From IMG/VR virus record IMGVR_UViG_3300032322_001295, positions 1-64,000 of that record: a DNA stretch of 64,000 bases. The stretch is one strand, 5' to 3'. Shown one piece after another: positions 29,933-39,913 of the stretch. Numbering within the stretch: position 1 is the stretch's first letter; each line of letters starts with the position of its first letter. The notes beneath the pieces are model-generated. The model was not told where the DNA came from, did not search any database, and worked only from the letters and a program-made list of their open reading frames with translations. The DNA is from a virus. The position numbers and the translations under genes are program-made.

Positions 29933-31971
29933 TAGCTAATAACTTGGTATTTATTCTTATCGTTTTTGTAAGCAAATGCTGTTTTGAAGTTAAAGCATTC
30001 TTTCACTTTCGTAAAGAACGAAACAAACATTGCTTTTCTTCTCTGCTCTGTATCACTAGACTTTATGATGCCTTTAATATCAAATGTCTGTAGCGTAGCA
30101 TTTGCATTAACAAAGTTATACTCATGCATTAAACTAGCAAGTTCTCTCATTTTGGCATTTAAATCAGTTCCATTTAAAGTTTCCTCTTTAGTTGCAGCAT
30201 TAAACATTTCAGTGCCTTTTTCCTGACAAAGTTCTATCATTTTAAGACCAGCAATCATACTATCTGTATCAGCATCATCATCAATAGTGCTTAGTATTTG
30301 ATTTACTAGATTCTTAACACGCATTCTCATGATGAACTCACTGCCTTTATATGGAATACCAATGTTCTTGCAAATGTAAGTAAGCAATGCTTCGTCGGCT
30401 TCATCAATAGAATTATAGATACTTTTGCCTGTTTCGTATACATTGATATAGCACATATCTACAACAAACTTGCGTCTTGCTTTAGCATCATCGTCAATCT
30501 CTTCAGATCTTTCTGTTGCTTTCTCAGTCATATCTGCACGCTTAAGTTCAATAGAACTGTATTCATTCTCGTATTCTTTCTCCAAATCAATGTTATTGTC
30601 TTTAAAGAACATAGTAAGAACATTAGGAGTATAGGATGCCATTGTCATCAGATTAGCTTGTAGAAACACAGTCATCGCATAAGATGCACCAGCTTTTTCA
30701 ACAAGGTCTGCGCCATTGCTAATGCTGTCACCAAGTAAATGCTCAATGCAATTACTTAAAGCATTGTTGATGTGCATACCTTTAAAGAAAGCAAGTACAG
30801 CATAGTCTAAAGTTGCTCCATCTTGATTAAGTTGCTTCATCAATCTAAACACAACATCTTTCCTTGCTTGCTCTTTCAAGCTTGTAATCTTACGATTAAC
30901 ACGCTCAATAGCAGCATCTTGCTTTTTCTCAACATAACTTTCTTCTGCTTTGACACTTTCAATCAAAGATGGCTTGACAAAGAACTTAATATTGCCATCA
31001 TAATCCCAGCAAGCAACTTCTTCAGGATGTGTACCCATAGCGCATGATATATATCCCGTTATGTCATATCTGTCAACAACTTTGAGTTTGTTTTCATCGA
31101 TAAACTTTTCCCAATATGCCCTTGATCTAGCTTTTGTTGCATAAATATCAGATGTTCTAGGTCTATCAAACATATTACCTACGTTGATGTACCATTTCTC
31201 TTCTTTGATATTTGGATGCACATTGCCATCTAAATCAACAAAGCTTTCTTCTGGAACACTTTCAGATATTTCCGGCATGCAATAGTTAGACAATCTTACT
31301 ATTTCTCTATCATCAAGAGCTTCACCTTCTGTATGCAAATCACGATCATAAATCTCGTCAACAATCAATTTTTGTACAGCATCAGGCATATCGCACAATG
31401 CAGTAGCGCCAGACTCGTCGATAACACCTTCAAAGCAAAGCTTTATAGCTTCTTTGTTTAATGCCGCTATCTTGCGAAGTGATGTTGCTCTATTTACAGA
31501 AATACCAAGCTGACTAGCAATCTTTGGCAATGTCACACCTTTAACAGCAACAGCCTGTCTGATTGCATGGGCCAATGTAATAAAATGCTGCTCACTGCGA
31601 AGTACATTTTCAGTCAATGAATCGACAATGTTAATGCCATCCATAATATAAACTGGGATTTCTGCAGTAGCATCAATCTCTTTACACAAATCTTCATAAC
31701 GAGTAACAAAAGCCATTGCTCGGGTGTAGCCGGCACGAACAACATACTTGCCTTTTACTTGCTCGCAGATGATTGGCTGCAGCAATAAAGAACCAGTCTT
31801 TTTGTAGGTCTCAACCATTGAAACATACATTTTATCAATAGCATCACCATACGGAGTAGCATCATTTACATCATAATCTATGCCAGCAAATCTAGGATTA
31901 GGTATAGAAAAGTCAAGCAAATCTGGAGTTACTTTCAACATTTCGTTTTTAATTTTAATATTAGAAGCCAT
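29932..31971 (-). CDS. ParB/Spo0J-like N-terminal domain protein with long C-terminal extension
   Basis: NPR, LLQPIIC, YVVRAGYTRAMA (degenerate GxRR patch), SLTENVLRS, then HTH-like LPKIASQLGISVNRA; 679 aa. Confidence 0.75.
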   Translation of the reverse strand: MASNIKIKNEMLKVTPDLLDFSIPNPRFAGIDYDVNDATPYGDAIDKMYVSMVETYKKTGSLLLQPIICEQVKGKYVVRAGYTRAMAFVTRYEDLCKEIDATAEIPVYIMDGINIVDSLTENVLRSEQHFITLAHAIRQAVAVKGVTLPKIASQLGISVNRATSLRKIAALNKEAIKLCFEGVIDESGATALCDMPDAVQKLIVDEIYDRDLHTEGEALDDREIVRLSNYCMPEISESVPEESFVDLDGNVHPNIKEEKWYINVGNMFDRPRTSDIYATKARSRAYWEKFIDENKLKVVDRYDITGYISCAMGTHPEEVACWDYDGNIKFFVKPSLIESVKAEESYVEKKQDAAIERVNRKITSLKEQARKDVVFRLMKQLNQDGATLDYAVLAFFKGMHINNALSNCIEHLLGDSISNGADLVEKAGASYAMTVFLQANLMTMASYTPNVLTMFFKDNNIDLEKEYENEYSSIELKRADMTEKATERSEEIDDDAKARRKFVVDMCYINVYETGKSIYNSIDEADEALLTYICKNIGIPYKGSEFIMRMRVKNLVNQILSTIDDDADTDSMIAGLKMIELCQEKGTEMFNAATKEETLNGTDLNAKMRELASLMHEYNFVNANATLQTFDIKGIIKSSDTEQRRKAMFVSFFTKVKECFNFKTAFAYKNDKNKYQVIS

Positions 31972-31982
31972 ACAAATGGTTT

Positions 31983-32017
31983 AAAAAGTAGCCTGCACAC
32001 AGTTTCCTTGTGCAGGC
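31983..32017 (-). terminator. Rho-independent terminator after ssb
   Basis: GCCTGCACA/TGTGCAGGC 9-bp stem followed by TACTTTTT on the minus strand. Confidence 0.65.
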
Positions 32018-32032
32018 ATTGTGAAATAATAT

Positions 32033-32434
32033 TTAGAACGGTAGATCTACAACCGGTTCTTCTTGTGAACAAATCCAAGAGCCTGATTCATAGTACCAGC
32101 CTTCAACCCATGTTGCTTTGTAGCGAACAGTAGACTTTTCAAGCTTAGTGTTGTTGTCAGTCCACTTTTCAAGCTTAGGCAGTACTCGAACAACAGCCAT
32201 CTGCTTTTGCATTACAATGTCTTTTATTTGTCTCACAAGCTTTTCGCCATAGGCAATGCAGTTAGCATAATATGGATCACTTTCTTGCTTGTTGCCATCT
32301 TTGTCTTTCCATACATCTTTGATGAGGATAACAAACTTTACACCAGGTCCTCTTTCAGTTGAAAAGTCTTCTACTTTAGTGTCAAGGATTTTACCCGACA
32401 ATTGTGTGCCAGGAAGATACTTCTGTGTTTTCAT
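32033..32434 (-). CDS. ssb: Single-stranded DNA-binding protein
   Basis: OB-fold-like pattern (WKDKDGNKQE...NCIAYGEK...EKWTD) and C-terminal DLPF tail. Confidence 0.8.
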   Translation of the reverse strand: MKTQKYLPGTQLSGKILDTKVEDFSTERGPGVKFVILIKDVWKDKDGNKQESDPYYANCIAYGEKLVRQIKDIVMQKQMAVVRVLPKLEKWTDNNTKLEKSTVRYKATWVEGWYYESGSWICSQEEPVVDLPF

Positions 32435-32436
32435 GA

Positions 32437-33360
32437 TTAAAATATTAAATTTGGAATAACTTGTTTAGATAATACTCCAGCATCGTGTAATAAAAGAAGC
32501 ACCGTAAACAGTCCTCTTCTCGTAAATGATGGATAAGTTGTGTTTTTGTCTGCATCATGTATGTTGACTCCAAAACCATATGCTACAAACTCTTTAGCAA
32601 GAAAGTAGTTGTTTTTGTAGTTTGCATCATTCATATCTTGTATAATGATGCCATGCTCTACCAAAACTTTCATTGTGTCTCGCAGTAATACTTTGTACTT
32701 ATTGAACAAGAACTTATGAAAATCTAGCACATGGGTGTCTTTCTCAAAGTTCTCAACAATAGTTTTATTGTCTTCGCACATAGCACGGTAGGTCTTTATA
32801 GTTAGTCCGTACTCTCTGTAAAATGAATCTTCTTCGACCTCAGTATGTATTCTTTCAAGCAGCTTAGATCTTCTGTTCTTTAACTCTTTATCTTCTTCGA
32901 CATCTTTCTGCTTCTCAACATAAGTCTTAGGTACTATTACTGTTGTTTCTACAATATCTTTACGATATGCATTCTTTAGCATCGTAGTAAATATCTTTTC
33001 GAGATACAACTTCATGTCGTAGTTACACCAAGTGTACATCTGTGCAAGCCAAAGATGTGATACAACATAGTAGCACATATCAGCTTTAGAGAATACACAG
33101 GCCATAGTAATGGTTCTGCCAATCTTATTGAGTTCTATATTTGTTTCCGCTATAAACTCATCTTTTGGCACCCAGTTACAAGCAAGTATGTAAGAGCTAC
33201 AAACAAGAGGACATTCGATGTACAAATGCCCTCCAATAAATTTGTGTCTGTATTGCTTTGTAAAGCTCCTAAGCATAGAATCTTTGACTATCTTAGGCTT
33301 TGGCTCTTTAATTACCTTTGGCTTTTCAGCAGGCTTTCTACCCATGTTTGTGCTTAGCAT
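32437..33360 (-). CDS. Putative DNA-binding protein with C-terminal antirepressor (ANT/KilAC)-like segment
   Basis: C-terminal ...LVEHGII...NNYF...EFVAYGFG...TTYPSFTRRGL resembles the ANT domain; weak match. Confidence 0.4.
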   Translation of the reverse strand: MLSTNMGRKPAEKPKVIKEPKPKIVKDSMLRSFTKQYRHKFIGGHLYIECPLVCSSYILACNWVPKDEFIAETNIELNKIGRTITMACVFSKADMCYYVVSHLWLAQMYTWCNYDMKLYLEKIFTTMLKNAYRKDIVETTVIVPKTYVEKQKDVEEDKELKNRRSKLLERIHTEVEEDSFYREYGLTIKTYRAMCEDNKTIVENFEKDTHVLDFHKFLFNKYKVLLRDTMKVLVEHGIIIQDMNDANYKNNYFLAKEFVAYGFGVNIHDADKNTTYPSFTRRGLFTVLLLLHDAGVLSKQVIPNLIF

Positions 33361-34147
33361 GTTTTACAATATGCTCTCTTCTGATGTCATCTACAACAAA
33401 GTAATTAAATTTACCCAAAGTGTGAGTGTAAATATACTTGTTGTATAGTAGCGTAGCGCCATTCTTTTTCCAGTTGGCAAGTATACCATCCAAATGAGTA
33501 GCTATAATTGCACCATCGCCTCCATAGAGCATGGTTTGTATAGCTTCTTCAGTTGGATATTGAGCGTTAATGCGCTCTGGAACATCAACTGTAGGCTTAG
33601 GAAGTGTAACTACCTCAGTCTTTGGTGATATCTTTGGCGTTTCAATATCCATGCTGTGAATCTTGTCGGTATCTTCGCCAGTAGGCACCATAAAGATATT
33701 TAACAAGAAATACTTCATAGCGTAAGTCATAGCCTTACCCGGAGATTTATCTTGTGAGTCAATACCATGGCCCGATGATTGGCCCTCAATGTGTGCACCT
33801 GATGTGTGATAAAGCCTAAAAGTAAACACAATATCAGAGAATATTTGTTGCTTTTGCTTTACAGCACCAGTTTTAGAATACGGATCTAGCTCTTGCCAAC
33901 GCTCATGCTTGGTTTCTTTCTGTATTTCAATAGGAACACAGATAAGACCATGAGTAATCATGCTTTTTCTTATTTCATTTCTTACTTTTTCGTCTGAAAT
34001 GCCCTTATAAGAACCAGAGCCAGTACCAACAGTGTCATCTTTCTGAAGATAGTTTACCTCAGACATTACATTGAGGACTGCCTCAATCAGTTGTATTTCT
34101 GGTGTCTTTTCTTCTGATGATTGTTTCGAGATTTCTGTCTTCGCCAT
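33338..34147 (-). CDS. erf: ERF-family ssDNA annealing recombinase
   Basis: GHGIDSQDKSPGKAMTYAMKYFLLNIFMVPTGEDTD ERF signature; N-terminal YLQKD...YKG. Confidence 0.9.
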   Translation of the reverse strand: MAKTEISKQSSEEKTPEIQLIEAVLNVMSEVNYLQKDDTVGTGSGSYKGISDEKVRNEIRKSMITHGLICVPIEIQKETKHERWQELDPYSKTGAVKQKQQIFSDIVFTFRLYHTSGAHIEGQSSGHGIDSQDKSPGKAMTYAMKYFLLNIFMVPTGEDTDKIHSMDIETPKISPKTEVVTLPKPTVDVPERINAQYPTEEAIQTMLYGGDGAIIATHLDGILANWKKNGATLLYNKYIYTHTLGKFNYFVVDDIRREHIVKHAKHKHG

Positions 34148-34436
34148 ATCTTCTTGCGTAACTGATTGTAAAATATTTGATTTTAGAATTCTTCATTGCA
34201 GTAAATGACACTTCAACATTGTTCCTGATGCAATGAGATACAGACTTAAAGATATCATGCAGCATTACGCTACATATATTTTCCATGTCTTTGTCAGGTA
34301 CAAGCATATCGTAGTTTAGGAAAAGTCTTTCAAACTTATCTTTGTGCTTAGCATACAAATACTTTCCGTATTCCCGTGCCGGCATTTCAGCATGATTAGA
34401 CCTTGCCAGCCTACGGCGTATCATATCAAGTCCCAT
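34083..34436 (-). CDS. Hypothetical protein
   Basis: 117 aa, overlaps both neighbours. Confidence 0.55.
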   Translation of the reverse strand: MGLDMIRRRLARSNHAEMPAREYGKYLYAKHKDKFERLFLNYDMLVPDKDMENICSVMLHDIFKSVSHCIRNNVEVSFTAMKNSKIKYFTISYARRYGEDRNLETIIRRKDTRNTTD

Positions 34437-35296
34437 AGTGCTTTATAGAAACTTATTGGTTCGTTAACAAACATTTTCTTTATTTCGGCATGCTCAGGAG
34501 TGTATATCTTATTTGTAATTATGATATTTTCTTTGTCATTGATCCAAGATTCTAAATTCTTTTGAATGAAACCTTTTAACGACAAAATATATTCCTCAGG
34601 AGTATTACCATCTTTACATTCCCAAAGATACAAAAACCATTTTTTAATGATAAATAAAAATCCATTGTACTGTGCATCATCACGTTCTTTGCCAGAACTA
34701 TTTGTAGCTCCGTTTATACGTAATGCTGCATTGATCATAGTATCTTTAGTTGCCCATTTGTCGCCTTTCTCAAACCTGGACCACGCAAGCGCAAACAAAC
34801 GAACTATTTCGCCTGGCTTTCTGTAATCTTTAGTAGGTTTAATGTTAAATAGCGTTTCAATGTCATCAACAAAGGTTTCTATTTTGTCCTGATCCCAATC
34901 AGAAAACTCAATAGTATTCTCATTGATTACAAGATAGGCATACTCATCATATTTGTAATGGTATTCACAATCTTTGGCTACCGGTATGTATTTTAGTCCG
35001 ATGTATTGATAATAAATATCAACAATGCCCTCTATTTCTGATGTCCAGTATAGGTCTTTTGGACAGGTAACAAGTTTGTTTTTGATAAAATAATTGTACA
35101 GATTATTTTCTACAGTACCATAATTATTATCAAACTTTACATCAAACTTTTGGCAGATAGACATAACAACATCTTCTGTTTTATGTTCTGCTTTTTCATC
35201 TACAATAATTGACAAAAAGTAAAGGGCATTATATCTTTTTAGTGATAAATGCCCTTTTGTACAATTACTTGCGCTATAAACAATACTATTCATCAA
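34421..35296 (-). CDS. Hypothetical protein (possible replication-related)
   Basis: 291 aa in the DNA-metabolism cluster; no motif recognised. Confidence 0.6.
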   Translation of the reverse strand: MMNSIVYSASNCTKGHLSLKRYNALYFLSIIVDEKAEHKTEDVVMSICQKFDVKFDNNYGTVENNLYNYFIKNKLVTCPKDLYWTSEIEGIVDIYYQYIGLKYIPVAKDCEYHYKYDEYAYLVINENTIEFSDWDQDKIETFVDDIETLFNIKPTKDYRKPGEIVRLFALAWSRFEKGDKWATKDTMINAALRINGATNSSGKERDDAQYNGFLFIIKKWFLYLWECKDGNTPEEYILSLKGFIQKNLESWINDKENIIITNKIYTPEHAEIKKMFVNEPISFYKALWDLI

Positions 35297-36146
35297 GATT
35301 TGCTAGATTATAAGAGTTAATAATATGCCTCAACTCAGCTACATATCTGCTAGTAACGCCATCACTTGCTGGCCATGCACAAGCACTTGCATAAAGATAA
35401 CCACCTTTATCAGCGAGTTTTTTGGAGTCCGACGCAAGCATACGATTATCACTACATCCACAGATAGCAGCAAGCCAGGCTTCTCTTTTGTTTGGAATAT
35501 TTATCAGTCTTGGTGCATAAGTTTTATTTAGCAGCTGCACATGATTCCACATAGACCACCAACGAGATTCATACTTACGAAAATGATAACTTATAGTCTT
35601 GCCATTTATATCTTTATCATAGGCTTTTACACTACCAGATATACCACGCGATGTTTCCGTTTTACCACCCATATGACCAAATAAGTTATTGGCAACATTT
35701 GCTAGTCTACTGGTGCCGTAACCTGATTCAAGAATAGCTTGTGCTGCAATAATACTAGCAGGAATATTAAACTTAGCAGACAAATCTTTAGCATTCTTAG
35801 ATATGTCATCTACAAATGCTTGTCTTTCTTTGCCTATTCTAGTTTTTAGTCTTGCAAGCTTTTCTTGATCGCCTTTTAAATGACTGCCTTGAAACTCACT
35901 ACTTGACATATACCCACGCTTAGACCATCCATCTTCATCATATCCAACATCAGGATATAACTCATCGGCACCGGCATGTATGTGCTTATGTTCAACAGGT
36001 TCTCTGCTAATCATTTTTCCATTGGAATGACTTCTTTCAGCTACGCTAGTCTTGTAATCTATTGCTTTTTCTGTTGGTTCTTCTACTATGCAGTAAGCTA
36101 CAATAGTAACCACTAGCATAAATAAAGACACATTGAATGTTTTCAT
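35286..36146 (-). CDS. GH73 (glucosaminidase/FlgJ-like) peptidoglycan hydrolase with N-terminal membrane anchor
   Basis: IPASIIAAQAILESGYGTSRLANVANNLFG, FRKY; hydrophobic N-terminus. Confidence 0.85.
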   Translation of the reverse strand: MKTFNVSLFMLVVTIVAYCIVEEPTEKAIDYKTSVAERSHSNGKMISREPVEHKHIHAGADELYPDVGYDEDGWSKRGYMSSSEFQGSHLKGDQEKLARLKTRIGKERQAFVDDISKNAKDLSAKFNIPASIIAAQAILESGYGTSRLANVANNLFGHMGGKTETSRGISGSVKAYDKDINGKTISYHFRKYESRWWSMWNHVQLLNKTYAPRLINIPNKREAWLAAICGCSDNRMLASDSKKLADKGGYLYASACAWPASDGVTSRYVAELRHIINSYNLANLDE

Positions 36147-36871
36147 AACTTTGCCATTAAAGCTGTTAAGGAATTGGAACTCTTCTCGCGTTCTTCAGCA
36201 AACACTGGTGAAGTTTCCTTTCTTACGGTATTCAAGCTATCTATACCGGCAACAAACATAGTATAGCGCTGTGTGCCGACAAGCTTTTTCATCTTACGTT
36301 TGCCTTCAGCACAGATAGCTAACCGCCATTTATCTGCTAGTTTTAGATCAGTAGCAACATATAGCAATCCTTTAGGACTATCGTAACCTCTAATGCCATA
36401 TATCACATCAAGTACATATTGAATATGGAATGACAGTTCTGGATAGTACAGTTCATTGTCTTCATCTTTAACAGATGGATAAAACATACAGCTAAGTATG
36501 TCAGATTCTTGCTGTGGCGTAATGAAAGCCATGTCCTGTATTTCTTTATTGTCAACGCTAAACAATGGTGCCTTGCCTGCTTCTATGATACTGTCAATAC
36601 ATAACCACATAGGAACAACAGTTTCTATTGGTTCGAAATAGATATCACATAGTGCTACTTTGAATACTGGGTCTGCATACCTTACCTTAATAGTCCAAGG
36701 AGCGATAAGATACACCTTTTCTAAGAATAACATAGCTATAAGATTATCAAGCTCTTGAAATGTTCTTATACAATCAAAACCAAAAGAACGCAGCAAAGAG
36801 TTCCGCTCTACTGCGTCCAATGGTATGACGTTCTTGTCAGAAAGGAGTTTTAGTAACTCCCGTAACGACAT
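36143..36871 (-). CDS. Hypothetical protein
   Basis: 242 aa, operon-packed. Confidence 0.65.
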   Translation of the reverse strand: MSLRELLKLLSDKNVIPLDAVERNSLLRSFGFDCIRTFQELDNLIAMLFLEKVYLIAPWTIKVRYADPVFKVALCDIYFEPIETVVPMWLCIDSIIEAGKAPLFSVDNKEIQDMAFITPQQESDILSCMFYPSVKDEDNELYYPELSFHIQYVLDVIYGIRGYDSPKGLLYVATDLKLADKWRLAICAEGKRKMKKLVGTQRYTMFVAGIDSLNTVRKETSPVFAEEREKSSNSLTALMAKL

Positions 36872-37670
36872 TGTGTGCTGACTTGATATGTTCTATGATG
36901 CTGCTATAAGTTGACAAAGCCTGCTGCGCTTCCTTGTGATGCTTAACATCTTGGTAAAGCTTATGCGGTATGTCTTTCAGCGTATCTTTGTATATTTCGA
37001 AATACCAGTTAAGTGGATCGAAATAACGTATCTGCTTATGCTCACGCATCTTGAAGAAGTTATCTATATTTGGCACCAAGTGTGCTTTCTTAGACTTCAA
37101 TAGTTCAAGCTTCTTTCCTTCGAAGTTCAGTTGCATATCCATAGTATACATCAACCTGTTACGGATAAGCTGAATGTTATTCTGTGTCTGATCTGACATC
37201 TTATACAACAAGTTTACTGCTAGCTTAAGCACACCAAGTGTTACCGGCTTAGTTGCTACTTTCTCATAGTAGTTCTCTAGTTGCATAGCCATACGAAAGC
37301 ATTTGCCTGATGTGTTGCCCATACGAGCGATAAGCTCAAACGTAGGTAGAAAGTTCATTTCTTTCAGTTGCTGCTCCTGGCCCGAAATACTAAGTACATT
37401 TTCAGCATCATCTGTATCTAATAGATGACTTGCAGTATGTGCTGTATGCTCTGACTGTGAATAGTATATTGGATCTACACCAACAAGAGAGTTTTCCCAA
37501 GTAAGCATCTCTTCTGGTTGTAGGCTGATATACGTTTCTAATAGTCTTGCAGCGTTGTCAGTCTGAAATCCAATAAGATTCTGACTGATAGAGAAGTGAT
37601 CACCGCGCTCGGTATCACCCATAAACGATGCAAGGACTTCAGCTATTCTTTTTTGTTCCTGCTTTTTCAT
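36837..37670 (-). CDS. Hypothetical protein
   Basis: 277 aa, ATGA overlap with Gp157; faint resemblance to the DnaB N-terminal domain. Confidence 0.65.
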   Translation of the reverse strand: MKKQEQKRIAEVLASFMGDTERGDHFSISQNLIGFQTDNAARLLETYISLQPEEMLTWENSLVGVDPIYYSQSEHTAHTASHLLDTDDAENVLSISGQEQQLKEMNFLPTFELIARMGNTSGKCFRMAMQLENYYEKVATKPVTLGVLKLAVNLLYKMSDQTQNNIQLIRNRLMYTMDMQLNFEGKKLELLKSKKAHLVPNIDNFFKMREHKQIRYFDPLNWYFEIYKDTLKDIPHKLYQDVKHHKEAQQALSTYSSIIEHIKSAHNVVTGVTKTPF

Positions 37671-38146
37671 GATATTCTTAAACTTATGTTTTCAACAATT
37701 GATGCACCAGGTATATCTTGACCATCAAGAATGGCATTCCTAATATCAGTTTTACTTGGCTCACGTTTAAACCGGCAATAAATGTCAGGTATGAGTGAAT
37801 CATCACTGATTTCTACTGCTTTACTTTTAGTAGTTGCAATCTTTACAAGAGCTGTTTTAACAGGACCAAACGCAATAACATTCTGCAACATACGATCTTT
37901 AAGCACTTCAACTGATTTATCATATTGCTGTGCCTTTTTAAGTAATCTATGAGCTTCTTCGCGCAATAGTTCTGACTGTGCTTTGAGACTTTTTACAACG
38001 AACGAATAGTCTTGTAATTTTTTGTCTCTTTCTTGTTCAGCTATTTCAAGCTGTTCTAGTAAAAAATCTGGAATTTCTCCACCGTTGTCCTCTATGGATG
38101 TTTGGATAAGAAATAACTCCTGACTGATTTCAAATAGATTTGCCAT
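37667..38146 (-). CDS. Siphovirus Gp157-family protein
   Basis: Start re-called at MANLFEIS (TAATG overlap); coiled coil and SKAVEI..D..IP..Y..PSKTDI..AI..G..IPGA.....SLRI are typical of Gp157. Confidence 0.85.
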   Translation of the reverse strand: MANLFEISQELFLIQTSIEDNGGEIPDFLLEQLEIAEQERDKKLQDYSFVVKSLKAQSELLREEAHRLLKKAQQYDKSVEVLKDRMLQNVIAFGPVKTALVKIATTKSKAVEISDDSLIPDIYCRFKREPSKTDIRNAILDGQDIPGASIVENISLRIS

Positions 38147-38487
38147 TAAAATACGTTGTTTTCGATAATTACTGAATTGATTAGTTCTGGGTTCAATGTA
38201 AACATATGACCATCTGATGTTAATACATACCAATCATCTTTAAAGCCTTGAACTATTTTACCTTGATTGCCATTGTAAGTAACTATGTCACCATCACGAT
38301 ATCTGTATGGCACACCATAAACAATAGCATCTTGCTTTAGCCAAACATTTTTGTCATTTTCGCTTGAATATAACCAGAGATCACCATCGGTATCCATTTT
38401 AAGGCTTTTGATATCAAAAGCTAAGAATACTTGATCACCTTCTCTGTAGTTTCTTTCGGACAACTCCGATGCTTTAAACTTTTCCAT
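38146..38487 (-). CDS. Hypothetical protein (SH3/KOW-like beta repeats)
   Basis: YREGDQV and YRDGDIV repeats. Confidence 0.6.
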   Translation of the reverse strand: MEKFKASELSERNYREGDQVFLAFDIKSLKMDTDGDLWLYSSENDKNVWLKQDAIVYGVPYRYRDGDIVTYNGNQGKIVQGFKDDWYVLTSDGHMFTLNPELINSVIIENNVF

Positions 38488-38504
38488 AATTGAATGTTGT
38501 TAAT

Positions 38505-38539
38505 AAAAATGCCTGCAAACTCGTTAGATCTACAGGCAT
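38505..38539 (-). terminator. Rho-independent terminator
   Basis: ATGCCTGTAGAT/GTTTGCAGGCAT stem followed by TTTTATT on the minus strand. Confidence 0.6.
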
Positions 38540-38554
38540 AGGTTATAAAATAAT

Positions 38555-39043
38555 TTAATTCTTGCTAATACAATCAAAAGTATTCATTAACTTTGTAGCA
38601 ATCTCATCGCTTAGATCTTCTTGAACATAACCACTGCTTGTATAAACACGCATGGTCTTTATCTTTTTAGTTCTAAACTGAATAAGATTGTATTCATTGC
38701 CAAAGTTACCACCAAAGTAAATAACAAAGCTACCTTTGCAGTTAAAGTCATTGACGTTAGTCATAGTAAGTCTTGTGTCATCATCAAACAATACCTGTAG
38801 TTTAGCATTTTTCTCAATGCATTTGCTTGGACCACCTACAACATCAATACTCCAGATAAGAATACTTGGCTTAAGAAAGTCTATAACAAATCCTTTATCA
38901 CCGGATGCCGATATAGCAATACGTTTTTTGATAGTCTTTGTAGATTTGTCTTCCATCTTATCGTAATGTACATCAAGCATATCACAATCTTGAGCGAATA
39001 ATGATGCCGACAAAAGCATAAGAATGCTAATCAATACTTTCAT
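38555..39043 (-). CDS. Secreted/periplasmic protein with signal peptide
   Basis: Start re-called at MKVLISILMLLSASLFA|QDC; Bacteroidota-style signal peptide ending in Gln. Confidence 0.7.
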   Translation of the reverse strand: MKVLISILMLLSASLFAQDCDMLDVHYDKMEDKSTKTIKKRIAISASGDKGFVIDFLKPSILIWSIDVVGGPSKCIEKNAKLQVLFDDDTRLTMTNVNDFNCKGSFVIYFGGNFGNEYNLIQFRTKKIKTMRVYTSSGYVQEDLSDEIATKLMNTFDCISKN

Positions 39044-39257
39044 TGTTACGGTTTTTAATATGTTCTTCAATAAGTTCCTTGATAGATCCATAAGCAAGCT
39101 CCCACTCATGCGTGGGAGATGCGCCTTCATCTATCTCATCTATTGCAAGCGTTACGAAATCTAGTATATCATGTTTTAGTGCAGGATATTCAGATATCAT
39201 TTGCATTGCATAGTCGTTTACAATTTTTCTGTTCATTTGTACCCAATCATTGCGCAT
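39027..39257 (-). CDS. Hypothetical protein
   Basis: 76 aa, operon-packed. Confidence 0.6.
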   Translation of the reverse strand: MRNDWVQMNRKIVNDYAMQMISEYPALKHDILDFVTLAIDEIDEGASPTHEWELAYGSIKELIEEHIKNRNNESID

Positions 39258-39832
39258 AGAGGTCCCAAAATATCTGCTACAAGCATAACTGCTTTAGCTT
39301 TGGGTCTAGCGTTGTCATTTAATCCATTTAACCCTTTGTTTAATGAAGGATACGATGGCATAATGGTATTCCATTTTCCTAATATGCAACTACTACTAAT
39401 AGCATTGCATTCTTCCTGAATGTTATCAGTTTTCAATGTACCTGTTCTGTCTACAACATTATATGCTTTGGTCATAGCAGCACTAAGCTCTTTACCATTA
39501 CGCTTATAACTATGCGCTATAGTCATAACAGCGCTCATATTCTTTTTACTTATAGGTTCATATCTCTTACGCGCTAGCTCTACAAACAATGCAGAGATGT
39601 AATGAGATAAATAGCTGAATCCAAACTGCTTTCCCTGGTACTCATAGTCCCATTTGTAATGAAAGAAGTTTCTATGCTTTGCTTGCAAGCCGGCAAACTT
39701 ACGGACAATAGCAGAGCATGCATCAACAATAACTTGCTTTTCTTCTTTAGTAGCCAGCTCACCTTCAAAGATTTCTTTAGCCTCAATAAGTTGAGCTGAA
39801 AACTTATCGATTGTTTCTTGAATATCGTTCAC
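39233..39832 (-). CDS. Hypothetical protein
   Basis: 199 aa, GTG start after an AT-rich leader. Confidence 0.6.
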   Translation of the reverse strand: MNDIQETIDKFSAQLIEAKEIFEGELATKEEKQVIVDACSAIVRKFAGLQAKHRNFFHYKWDYEYQGKQFGFSYLSHYISALFVELARKRYEPISKKNMSAVMTIAHSYKRNGKELSAAMTKAYNVVDRTGTLKTDNIQEECNAISSSCILGKWNTIMPSYPSLNKGLNGLNDNARPKAKAVMLVADILGPLCAMIGYK

Positions 39833-39854
39833 GATTTATAATTTTAATAATAAA

Positions 39855-39882
39855 ATAAAAAGGGCAGCTATTACAGCTGCCC
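39855..39882 (-). terminator. Rho-independent terminator
   Basis: GGGCAGCT/AGCTGCCC 8-bp stem followed by TTTTTATTTT on the minus strand. Confidence 0.75.
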
Positions 39883-39913
39883 CAACACACTATAAACACA
39901 AATAAACACTAGT

